Assembly (NCBI RefSeq): GCF_036321535.1 | Contig: NC_087454.1 | Coordinates: 21,018,001-21,082,000, forward strand | Direction: 5' to 3' | DNA from: Camelus dromedarius | Lineage: Eukaryota | Length of the DNA: 64,000 nucleotides | Part shown: piece after piece, positions 11,621-22,960 of the stretch | Position numbering within the stretch: position 1 is the first letter of the stretch | How the letters are laid out: each line of letters starts with the position of its first letter | The notes under the pieces: generated by a model | What the model was told of the DNA's origin: nothing | Seen by the model: only the letters and a program-made list of their open reading frames with translations | Databases searched by the model: none | Translations under genes and position numbers: made by a program

Positions 11621-12620
11621 TATGTTTCAAAATAACCAGTGTAAACAAATTGTCAAATAATAATACTTGCCTAGAGTCGTGTGTGCATGTGTGTCTTTTA
11701 GAAAGATTAAGTGAGGTAGTTTGTGTAATGATATTACTACAAGATTTGGGAATTTGTGAGTATAAAATAAATATCAATTCCCTTGGTTTTTCATCATTCT
11801 CATAGCCCTAGTCACCATCAACACTGTCCCAAGTTTGTATATAAACTCAGAGCTAGTGGCAGTCACTGCCTATCCTCATCCCACTTTTCCTCTCACATCC
11901 TCCAAAGTTATCTCCGTGAACCCATGCTCACACTCTTCGGATAGTGAAGCTGCAGCGGTCAAGGCTATCTTGAATTTCTCCAACCCTCTGTCCGATAGCA
12001 CGTGAATACCACTTGCCCCAGAAAGTCCCTAGGGTAGTAAATCCTTTTAACTCACTCTCTGAGGTGCTTTAATGCATCCCATTTTGTCTTGCACCTGGTA
12101 TAGAAATGGACTTCCTCTTTTTCTTCCAACTCTGAGATCCCAATGTCTTTCCCACAGGAGAAGCTAGTCTCCCTCCAACTGCAGAGATTGAAAACAGGAA
12201 TCTAGCAAAATTCTATTTCCTGTGGAGGAGAAATCCGGACTGTGATAGGAGCCCTTCCAAAGTCTACCTGGGATTTTTTCAGAGGGCAACACACCCCACT
12301 CTAAGCCCCAAAGTCCAGGAAATTAGTTCCCAGATCTGGGATCTCTGAAGAGAAGCTGTCTAGCACTTACTTGGAGCACCTCTGCCGTGAGCCATGGAAG
12401 TCCTCAGCACCATGAAAACAACCATCACAATACCAGCCGCCGTCCAAGGGTTCCTGGAAATGGTCACCCTCATCCTTCCACCCTGGAAACAGGAACGATT
12501 TAGCAAAAGCATCAGCAGTCCCCACAGCTGCAGCCAATTCACCTGATGTTTCACTTTGCAGACAATGAAAATGAGGAAACCTTCTATGAATGTTAGGATT
12601 GGTCAGTACCTAGGGAAAAA

Positions 12621-12685
12621 GCCAATCAATCCAATAACTTAGGCTCTCATTTGTCTCTGGGTAAACACCTTTAAGGAAAGTTCTC
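12621..12685 (-). promoter_or_regulatory. Class II S-X-Y promoter of the DYB-like gene
   Basis: Minus strand: X1 CCCAGAGACAAATG (12648-12661), an 18-nt spacer, Y box TTGATTGG (12622-12629) and a second ATTGG at 12631-12635. Lies about 150 nt upstream of the ATG. Confidence 0.85.
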
Positions 12686-13081
12686 GATTCAAAAATTATT
12701 CATGGACCACCTACATGGTGCCCAACACTATGTCATCGCCAAATATCACTGAACTGGGTGATAGGCTGAAAAGATGTTTGGAGGTTTAAGGAACCAGAAG
12801 AAGAAAGTGATGTGCAGTATTTCTTACTGGGACATTTATCTAATTTATCTGGTTCTTATATTTTGGGTTTGATAGTAGGGAGGTGGAAGGAAATGGAGTG
12901 ATATTCTCTGGGAGAGAAAATAATCGTCTAAAAGCTGTTCATTACCTTCCTTGACTTGGCCAGTATGAGACACCACAGGATACAATGTAAAAAGCAACAG
13001 ATTTTGAGAAAAATGTACTTGTATCACAAAAAAATTATAAACTTTATAACCATCAATTACATAATCTCTGTTAGCTTCAGT

Positions 13082-14070
13082 CTTTTTTTTTTTTTTTGAG
13101 GTAACATTGGAGTTTTTAATTTTTATTTTTATTTTCTGATTTACAATGTTGTATTAGTTTCTGGTGTACAGCATAGTGATTCAGTTATACATATATATAT
13201 ACATATACATATTCTTTTTCATATTCTTTTTCATTACAAGTTAATCTAAGCCATTGAATATAGTTCTCTGTGGGTAACACTGGTTTATAACATTATGTAA
13301 GTTTCACATGTACAACATTATCTATCAACTTCTGTATACACCACAACATGCTCACCAACAAAAGTCTACTTTCCATCTCTCACCTTACAATTGACTCCCT
13401 TTACTCATTTTGCCCTCTCCCCATCCCCACTGGTAAACACCAATTTGCTTTTTGTATCTATGTGTTCGTTTTCATTTGGTTTTGTTGTATGTTTATTTTT
13501 TTATATTTCACATATGAGTGAAATCCTACTTTATTTGTGTTTCTCTGTCTGACTTATTTCACTATGCTCAATACCTTCAAGGTTCATCCATACAGTCACA
13601 AATGACAAGATTTCATCCTTTTTTATGGCTGAGTAGTAGTCCATTGTGCATGTGCTGTGTGTACACATATACACCACATTTCTTTATCCATTCATCCATT
13701 CATCCACTTAGATTGTTTCCTTATGTTGGCTGTTATAAATAGTGCTGCAATGAACATTGGGGTGCATGTATCTTTTTGAATTAGCTTTTTTGTAATCTGT
13801 GGATAAATACCCTAAAGTGGAGTGGCTGAACTATAAGGCAGTTTTATTCTTAATGTTTTGAAGAATCTCTGTACTATTCTCCACAGCAGCTGCACTAATT
13901 TGCTTGCCCCCAACAGTGTAGGAGGGTCCCCTTTTCTCCACATCCTTGCTCACACCTACCTGTCTTTTTGAGCACAGCCATTCTAACAGACATGACATGC
14001 TAGCTCATTGTGGTTTTGATTGGCATTTCCTCAATAATTAATGGTGTTGAACATCTTTTCATGTGCCTGT
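13082..14070 (-). mobile_element. L1 3' end with a nested younger L1 3' fragment (13111-13272)
   Basis: A poly-T start and L1 3'UTR text are interrupted by a second L1 tail. It is flanked by ggtaacattgg (13100-13110) and ggtaacactgg (13273-13283). Confidence 0.8.
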
Positions 14071-15139
14071 GGCCTGAGACACCTCATGGCAATTGGGCAG
14101 GTGGCCAGTGCCCTGAGGTCACAGTATAGCCAATTTGCCAAATGGACTTGCTTCTTGTTGACTCTTAAGTTTTAATTAACCAGATTTTGGGTGGTGTCCA
14201 TAAGATCATTGTATAGAGTATTAAATTTTAATTTGTCTTTCACCTGGGTCCCTGTCACTGCAGCTGCAGACTTCCTCAGTAAAGGTGGTAATTAAGAACG
14301 GTAGCCTAAGCAAGGTGGGGTTTGAGGAGGGGAGACCGGCAGTGAGGAAACAGAAGCAGGGATCTTCCGTGGCTGGGCAGGAAAGCTTCTCACCACCTCT
14401 TCTCTCTTCGCTGAGGGAGGGAGATCCCCCCCATTGTTCCTTTCAGAGCCTTGTAGACCGAGGTAATGTAAGAAAAAAAAAAAGAGATGCGAAGGCTACG
14501 TGGGGAAAGCCCCTTAGAAAACGTCAGGTTTCCACCGGGATTCCCTCCACGGACGAAGTGGAGAAAACCAACTTAAATTCCGGTCTCGATCGCCGTCTGG
14601 TGGTAGAAGTGCCACATCACATCCTCGGAGTAATGACCCAGCGTTGCAAAACAAACGCATACTCAAGTTTAAGATTGCTAAATTTCTTAACTTTTTCCAA
14701 CTGGAATTTTATTTAACCTAGCATTGTGACCATGTCCGTCACTTTGACATGAAACTCTATAGTCTTCTTTCAGCTCATCTCTGGTTTACTGAGGATGCCC
14801 TAGATGAGATCTTTCTGCCCTCCAATTTTCCCCTCCCTACCCACCACCACCACCACCATGCAAGACCTATGACTGCCTCTCCTACCTTACCTTCCTCTCC
14901 AAAGCATACTCTGGGGCTCAACCCTAAGAGGTCTCCACACCTCCCAAGGACAATGGTGAAAACGAAGAGAAGACTTTCTGATGGAGCAAGGTGGCAGAAA
15001 CGCAACTTCAGGCCAAATTCTGGGCAAAATCTTTACTGCCAGAGACACTCCATAGATCTTACTCTTTTAGAAATAATATGCCTGCAATTAATCGATACCA
15101 AAAATGGCTGATTCCATATTTGGACAGGAAATGTACAGG

Positions 15140-16100
15140 ATGAACCTGGAGCATTTTGTCATACCGGATAACAAAGAAACTATCAAAAGACTTGTGTCAA
15201 ACAAACTCAGCAGTCACTCGAACAAGTTTCTCTTGACCAAAGATTATACATTTGAACTTCAACATGGACAAAAGATTTCAATGAGTTAAAATCCATCAAA
15301 TGCATTTAGATCCTTGACTTTTTGATACTACAAAAAAATTAAAAGTAAAACCTAATTGCTCACTTTTGGATAACAGTTGGGGAGGAAATACATTAACCTG
15401 AAAACTAGTAAATAAAGGGAAAGAATTCAACATTGATCCTTCTTTCCAGAGTATCACTGGGCAACCACTAGTAAACAAAGGGAAGTGCCTCTTTAGAGAA
15501 GTAATAAAGCATATACATGAAGAAGGAATTATAGAATTAGCACATTCTCATTCTGCAATTCCCAGCGAATTAAAGGACTCAGGCAAAAGCATCTGAGGTT
15601 ATTAACAACATAAAATGAGAGACAACTGGACATTATGTGCCTCGTGGTGAGACGACACCACCACCAATAGACTTTCCAGAGGGAATGAAACCTAAGTCTG
15701 ACCCAGCCTCTGCATCCGGGTGCCAATTTGTAGGACATGCAGAGGACAGAGGGACACGTCAAACTGCAACAGGTGTCGGCAATCGGCAAAATCCAGACTG
15801 TGGAAAACTGCAGGTCAAATGGCACAGGCTTTTCAACATATTAACCATAAGAAAAAGAAAGGGATGGAGGAGAAACCTGTAAAATAAAAGAGACATTAAA
15901 AAAAATTACACCTACGGTGTCCAAGAATTCACACTTGAATGAACAAACTATGAAGAAACACTCCGAGGTGGTCGCCGTAGCAGCCATAAAGTGACTGCTT
16001 TTAGAAGGTGAGGGGCTTGACTGGTCTGCAGCCCACGGAGACTTCCGCCGTGGCTGGAAGTTCTGTTTCTTAAACTGAGTGTTGATTATAGGGATTTCGC
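15140..16100 (+). mobile_element. L1MC-like 3' region
   Basis: aggatgaacctggagcattttgtcatacc...gaaactatcaaaagac...ttaaaggactcaggc resembles the L1MC4/5 3'UTR. Approximate. Confidence 0.6.
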
Positions 16101-16393
16101 CTTAAATAACTCATTGGGGGAGAAAAAAGGAGAAAGTAAAATTCACCCATTGCCTAAAGATAAGTGCTACGGAACTTTTGAAGTACATCCTTCCAAGTTT
16201 TTTTCTAAACATATACTCATAAACATATATATGTTTCCAAAGATAAGTTGATGTTGTGTATGCTATGCATAGTGTGTTGTAGTCTTTTTCACTTATTAGT
16301 ATGTTGTGAGTGTTTTTCCACGTAAATACATATCAACTTGCAAAAAAATAATTTATTGAGTTATACATTTTATGTGGTTACCTGTATCTCAAT

Positions 16394-16399
16394 TTTATT
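16394..16399 (-). terminator. Candidate DOB polyadenylation signal AATAAA
   Basis: tttatt on the plus strand, about 425 nt downstream of the DOB stop. Confidence 0.5.
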
Positions 16400-16823
16400 T
16401 TAAAGGAAAAAAGGCCAAAAACAACGAAAAGAAAGCAGTGACTATCTGAGCATTTGTCTTCTGAAGTCTGTGGAGACGGCAGTTGGAAGAGAGAAAGACA
16501 GAGATGACAGCTACGGGGTTGGGGCTGGACCACAGAAAAGTAAACCGTTTTGAACTGGAAGGAGCTAGGTCTCAGGGGAATTTCTGGACACTGTCCTTGG
16601 AAATGGGGACTAAGGACACAGACATGCAGGAGAAAGAAGGGAAGAAGGGTTAGGGATGCTGGTCTCAGAACACAGAATTCTAGAATCTGTTCAGGGCTCC
16701 TCCAAGACCTCACAGGAAAAAATCATCCAGAACTTTGACCTCATAAATGTCCTCTACTTAGTCCGGGACCCAGACCACTTGGTCCTGCTTCCAGCTCCAG
16801 GGGGAGAAGCTTCAGTTAGGACC

Positions 16824-19596
16824 TTAGTGTGGCTGTTCTGGACAAACTGCTCCTGAGACCTGCAGGGACAGCGACAAAGTCTCGTGAGGCCCCCACCCTC
16901 CCAGTGCAGGGACTCAGCAAGCAGAGCACCCAGGCACAGCCACTTACATCTTATCCCCATGACATGACCCTCCCTCTGGCCAAAGGATGGGTGAGTGATT
17001 TGCACCCAAAGATAAGGAAGGAGACATTACCTTATCACCAGACAACTGAGTCTCCACATATCCTGGAATAAAAAGGAAGGAAGAAATAGGATGCCCCAAT
17101 TAGGACCCAGTGTTGTGACCATCCTGGCGGTACCAGAACTCCATCTCCACTTGCCCCCTAGAATGTTTCTGGCTTCAGAAAGGACTACCCCAGTCATCCC
17201 TGAGAAGCACAGTCAGCCCTCCCTGCCTTGCATCTTAGACGCTGGGAAAAGTGGGCAGTGGGGGAAGCCACGGGGCAGGGGGTGAGTACTCGTCAGAGCT
17301 CATTACCTTTCCGGGCCCTGACGTGGACAGTGATCCCCACCAGAAGGAAGATGAGTCCAACCAGGAAGGCTGCAACTCCACTTAGCATCTTTCCCCAGGA
17401 ATATTCAGACTGAGCTCCTATGGGAAACAGGTCTTAAAGTTAGCCAAAAGCTCCCAATATTTGGTGTGCCTTCCTGAAATCCCAAAGCCTGTGCTGGACA
17501 CCAAATCTAATGCTATCTGGAGAAGGAATGCATTTAGAAATGGAGCCAAGGTTTGTACCCATGGAATTTCTATTACTGATCGCCCTTAAGAACTCCTCCT
17601 AAGTGCCAAGACCAAAGTGTCAGAGGATATGAGTTCTCAAAGCTGGAAGCGAGTGACGACGTGATTAGACCACCTTATTTCTTAGGAGATAAAAGGATAG
17701 ATAACTGCCATGGTTTCGCCCACCCCAACCCAATGACCCCAGTTTGTATGACTCCCTCAGATCAGGGGCAAGAAGAACTCGTGTGTGTGACCAAGAAGAA
17801 CCCAGAGGAGACACAGGCCCCGTGTTGAGTCAGATTGACCCAAGTCTAGCCCAGAAAGTACAAGAAGCTGATTCTCACTCCACTCCACAGAAACAGGGCT
17901 CAGCACGCTGGGATGATCAACCAGGCAGGTGTAGACATCTCCAAGTTCCGGAATCGTTTCCAGCATCACCATTGTCTGAAAGGTCCAGTCCCCGTTCCTG
18001 ATGAGGCCAGTGGGCATGACCCCCTCTCTCTCCTCCCGCCCATTCCGGAACCACCTGATCGTGATGTCCCCTGGATAGAAGCCTGTCACAGAGCAAAGTA
18101 ACAGACTGTGGTGCTGCAGGGATGGGGTCCTCTCCGGATACACTGTCACCTCTGGTTGCACTAGGAAGGGAGAGAAGAATGAGACATTGTGAAGGAAAAA
18201 TCACAAAGCCAACAGAGGGTTTTTATAGGTACTATCTCTGCCCCTAATCTCTTTCCCAGATGACCCAAGGGGAAACTGGAAATTTGGGGAAATCTCATCC
18301 TTGAAGACTCAGACACTGAATATATGAGTGTCCCCAAGTAGGATTTAGGCTTTATCAGACACTCCCACGATTACCCCTTGTATTTGAGAGCACATTAGTC
18401 CCTGAGAGCTGGGGATCTGAGACCACGACCACAGTAACCTGAGGATAATGAGTAAGTCACAACTGGGGACAGAACATATACACAGAACCCCCACCCACCT
18501 ACTGATCCTAACCCATTATCCTGAAGCAGGAAACTGCCTAGTACAGGAGGAAGAGCCATGGTCAAGTTCTCGTGGGGGAGATTATTGAACCCCAGCAGAC
18601 CCCACGTTTCAGCTCACCTCTTCTCCCTACAGTGAAGGGTGCTCCCAGCTCGTAGTTCCGTCTGCAGACCAGATCCACAGAAGCCCTGCTCCTCTCTAGG
18701 ATGTCCGACCGATTGTTCCACAGCTCAGCGTCAGGCCGCCCCAGCTCCGTCAGGGCCACAAACATTCCCACATCGCTGTCGAAACGTGCATACTCCTCCA
18801 AGTTAAAGATGAATCTGACCACAAACTGCACCTTTTCTGTCCCATTGGTGAAGTAACAGTCAGCCTTTGCCTGAATCACAAAATCCTCTGGGAAACAAAA
18901 AGAGAGACTATGAACCAGGCCCTACTGTTAGGAAATCAATGCCTGGTAAATTATGCCAGACCACATGGATTTGAGAGGAAAGCTTTGACTCCAGTAAATC
19001 GGCCAGAGTAGCCTCTGCTCCCTTGGGCCCCACCCCGGTTCCTCTTGGCAAAGAAGCGTGAGGCCCAACCTACCAGGCCAGCCAAACAGGAGACATGTAA
19101 CCCAAAGAGGCAACTCAAAGTGAGTCAAGAGACAAACGTTCCTTCAACAAGTACTCATTCATTCATTCACTCATTGGACAAATATTTATAGACTGTGTTT
19201 TGCCAGGCACTGCGCTAAGTTCCTCCAAGCCAAGCTTTCACAAGCTCAAGGTTTTAATTCCCATTATTAAGTCAAAATATCCATCCCCATATGGAGTAAT
19301 TCTTTGGTATTCTTGCCCTTAGCAGATTTATTCTGTACTTCCTTCAAGAGTAAATTGAAGCAGTGGCGGAGGCCGAGCAAAGACATGCAGAGGAGGTTCT
19401 TAGCAGATGTGAAATAAACTCCCCTCCACCTTCCCCTCACTATGGGTTTTCTCCGAGAATTTTCTTCTGGACCTTTTCCTTCCCACAATTACTCAGAGAC
19501 CTCATCCCCTCTGTTGGCTCCACTAAAGTAATGACCTCATTACCTCTATCAATATTGGGTAAAATAATATTAATTCATGGCTTGAAAATGTCTTTT

Positions 19597-19629
<33 letters not shown>

Positions 19630-22600
19630 GGCACCATACCTGTAGTTCTAGTGGTTGCAGTAACATGCTGATAGGAAATATAAGGTTAACTTAAACCTTC
19701 TCTGGGGGATTTTATATGAAACACTTCCATTGAAGAGGGAATAAAAATATCCAACTTCATTCTCCATTATGATTTTCCACTTTCAAAGTATCTTACTATT
19801 GTTGACAGCAACTAGTTTGAGCTCTGTATTAACTTTTGTGCAACATACCTCGTTTCTAATTGGCTCATGTTCTCCAAAACAATTTAATTTTCCAAAGCTA
19901 CTTAATCAATCTTCATAGATAGGAAAAAGTATGATTTAGTGTACTATGGTCTGAATGTTTGTGTCCTCCCTAAAATTCATATGTTGAAATCCCAATGCCC
20001 AAAGGTGATGGTATTAGTCAGTGGTGTTTTGGGGAAGTGCTTAGGTCAGGAGGGTGAAGCCCTGATGAATGAGATTAGCGCTGTTATAAAAGATGCTCTA
20101 GAGAGATCCCTAGCCCCTCCCACCACGTGAGGACACGGAGAGAAGGCGCCTTCACCAGACCTGACCATGCTGGATGGAGCCTTCATCTGGGACTTCCAGC
20201 CACCAGAACTTTGGGGAATTTCTCTTGTCGATAAGCCAGCCAGTCTGCGGCATTTGTCAGAGCAGCCCAAACACACTAAGAAAGGGACAGCTGTCTTAGA
20301 TTTGAAGATCTGGAAACTTTGAAGAGCCAAACTGATAAATGGCCCTGGCTCAGGTCTCAGTTGATTCAAGTTTTAGTTCTATATCTAGTAGTTTTATGTA
20401 GAAACGGACACTTACCCTCCCTGACCTGTTTCCCCATCAATAAAGACGCGGCACCGCCGAGGTAGAGCTCAAAAGCATGGTGTTAAGTAAGAAAAGAAGC
20501 AGAATGTGATTCAGTGCACAATGACACTTATTAAACTTTTAAAATACACACAGGAAAACAATTGTACATCTTTTTAAAGCCATCCTCATACTTGAAGACA
20601 TACCAGACACATTAGAATGGATATCTTTGGAAGGGAGGGGGTAAGAATGGAGAAAAGAGGAAGTTCTTGTTCCGATCCATGATTACGTGATCAACGCCAT
20701 TCTATGCATTTGAGAACAACAATAATAAAAGGCAATTCAAATGGGCTGAGATTGCAGGTTGATCAGGAAAGATCTCCCTGAAGAAATGCCACTGAAGTTG
20801 AGACTTAAAGGCTAATTTTACTGATCTTGAGTAAGATTTGCTTTCATTTGTAAGTTCAGGGGAAACTTGAACTGAGTGTAAGGATGGCAGCAGCCTTCCT
20901 GGGTCAACCACACTCATCTCTAACAAAACAGCTAATTTCAGATGAGGCTCGAACCTCCAATTTTCTATGTCGTCTTACAATCTAAATCAGAAAAAAAATT
21001 ATTTTTTAGTCATAGCTATATAAGATTTAAGATCTTACTGATTGTGTGTGTGTGTGTCTTGTTTAATGAACATCATAAGCTCAGAGAGGTTTCTGTTGTC
21101 TAAGAATAGTGATTTGCTCCCACCCACCCTCTCCACCCCTAAGTTTGTTCCTCTTTTGTGTTTAATGAGACTTTGACATTCAAAGGGGTTCTGTTTTGAG
21201 CACATTATATCCTGTTTTTTCTGCTACATATGTTTTCATAACATAACACTGCTTCGTGTTTGCATAGCTTAACTCCTCAGCTAGAAAAATAACAGCAGTA
21301 AATTACAAGTACCTGGTAAACTGAGGATGGGGATAATACATTCAACTTCTCTTATTTCTCAAAATTGCTTAGTACACCCTGATCATATGATAGATGCTTA
21401 AAAATGTCACATGAAGCAACCTTTGTTTCCAAGTTCTTTTGTCCACAAATACCCCATTTGGATGAATACAAAAACAGTCACAATCATCAAACTCCTGGCT
21501 TAAAAGTAGCAGCTAGGAGAGGGTGTGGAGAAAGGGAACCCTCCTACACTGTTAGTGGGAATGTAGTTTGGTGTGGCCACTATGGAAGACAAAATGGGGA
21601 GTCCTTAAAAAACTAAAAATAGACTTACTATATGATCCAGCAATCCCAATCCTGGGCATATATCCGGAGAAAACTAATTTGAAAAGGTACATGCATCCCA
21701 ATGTTCAGAGCAGCACTATTTACAATAGCCAAGACATGGAAGCAACCTAAATGTCCATCAACAGATGATTGGATAAAGAAGTTATAGTATGTACATACAC
21801 CGTGAAACACTACTCAGCCATAAAAAAGAATGAAATAATGCCATTTGCAGCCACATGGATGATCCTAAAGATTGTCATAGTAAGTGAAGTAAGTCAGACA
21901 GAGAAAGACAAATTTCATATGATATAACTTATATGTGGAACCTAAAACAATGACACATATGAAATTATTTACAGAACAGAAACTGACTTACAGACATAGA
22001 AAAACTTATAGTTACCAAAGGGGAAAGGGAAAGGAGAGATAAACTGGGACTTTGGGATTTGCAGATACAAAACTACTATATATAAAATAGATAAACATCA
22101 AGGTCCTACTGTATGGCACAGGGAACTGTTTTCAATATCTTGTAATAACCTATGATGAAAAGGAATCTATATAATGTGTATAACTGAATCACTATGCTGT
22201 ACACCAGAAACTAACACAGTATTATACATCAACTCGGCTTCAATAAAAAAAGAAGAATAGCAGCGATTCTCAGACTGCCTCCATCCTTGCAGTTCCCCAT
22301 AGTGACACTGATACAGAAAGGGCCCTAAGCAAGGTGATATGTTTCCCTTTTTCTTGCCTCCCTACTCCTTGCATCCATGGTTCTGAGACAGGAAGTGTCT
22401 TTACCCACAATCCATTGTGTGTGGTAAAGAGGAAAAGAACATTTTTTCTTTTTTTTTTAATTGAAGTATAGCCAGTTACAATGTATCAGTTTCTGGTGTA
22501 CAGCTAATGTCCCAGTCATACAAATATATACATAAGAATACCTTTCTGTCAAAGGTAAGAGTACTTTCTTTCAAGCCAGAAGCCACTGTCTGGACTGTAG

Positions 22601-22770
22601 CCTGGACCTATAGGAAAAGGCATACTTCCCCCACCCCAATTATTGAGTATACGGCTGAAAAAAATCACTGTGCTCTTACCTGGAGAATCTCTGCCTTGAA
22701 TCATGGAGGAATCCAGCCAGATTACATTCACTGACAAAGCCACCACCCAGGGAACCCATCTAGAACTCAT
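16824..22770 (-). CDS. DOB: MHC class II DO beta chain (273 aa, 6 exons)
   Basis: Exons 22680-22770 ([15 protein letters not shown]...), 18618-18887, 17879-18160, 17307-17417, 17031-17062 and 16824-16859 total 822 nt. All are GT-AG with an open frame. The diagnostic DOB motif [31 protein letters not shown] is present. Confidence 0.97.
19597..19629. repeat. (ATC)11 microsatellite in DOB intron 1
   Basis: Direct count of 11 ATC units. Confidence 0.95.
19940..20283 (+). mobile_element. MaLR solo LTR (MLT1A-like)
   Basis: tgtactatggtctgaatgtttgtgtcctccc-aaattcatatgttgaaatcc...ccaccacgtgaggacac...cagcccaaacacactaaga matches the MLT1A pattern. Confidence 0.85.
21514..22250 (+). mobile_element. 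Young cetartiodactyl/camelid L1 3' end with poly-A and imperfect TSD
   Basis: ggagagggtgtggagaaagggaaccctcctacactg through caataaaaaa. Flanks are aaaagtagcagc and aagaatagcagc. Confidence 0.9.
22440..22540 (-). mobile_element. Short truncated L1 3' tail near the DOB exon 1 donor
   Basis: tttttttaattgaagtatagccagttacaatgtatcagtttctggtgtacagc. Confidence 0.7.
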
Positions 22771-22890
22771 TCTGGAAGAAACAAACAATGAGACAGAAAA
22801 ATCGTCAGCCTCTTCAGAATGGGGCTTGCCTACATCCAACTCAGTCAAAAATATTCATTAAGCATAGAGATACCTTTCTGGTCTCCCCAG

Positions 22891-22960
22891 GATTGGAAGC
22901 TCCTCACACTGATAACCAATTAAGATAGAGGAGCTCGGTGTCATTAGGTGCTGGGCAGAA
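22891..22960 (-). promoter_or_regulatory. DOB class II X-Y promoter
   Basis: Minus strand: X1 CCCAGCACCTAATG (22942-22955), an 18-nt spacer and Y TTAATTGG (22916-22923). A further CCAAT lies at 22892-22896. Confidence 0.75.

Larger units (their letters stand above)
5839..12473 (-). pseudogene. DYB: MHC class II DY beta chain-like pseudogene
   Basis: Exons: 12371-12473 (MRVTISRNPWTAAGIVMVVFMVLRTSMAHGRGAP), 9265-9534 (270 nt, [39 protein letters not shown]...), 7634-7915 (282 nt), 6944-7054 (111 nt, TM), candidate 6418-6440 (23 nt) and 5839-5852 (GIVH*). All are GT-AG. In-frame stops: TAG 9380-9382, TAG 7785-7787, TGA 7776-7778. The leader and the beta1 motifs [14 protein letters not shown] and VDTLCRH match ruminant DYB as recalled, not DQB/DRB/DPB. 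Confidence 0.88.

Noticed and set aside
12474-12554. N-terminally extended DYB leader from upstream in-frame ATGs
   Set aside because: The downstream ATG (12473) gives the recalled DYB leader. The upstream ATGs lie at or near the probable TSS, and the gene is disabled anyway.
14432-14470. Plus-strand 16-nt micro-exon-like segment (ttcctttcag...gag|gtaatg)
   Set aside because: The splice-like signals have no partner exons or class II homology, and such motifs arise by chance.
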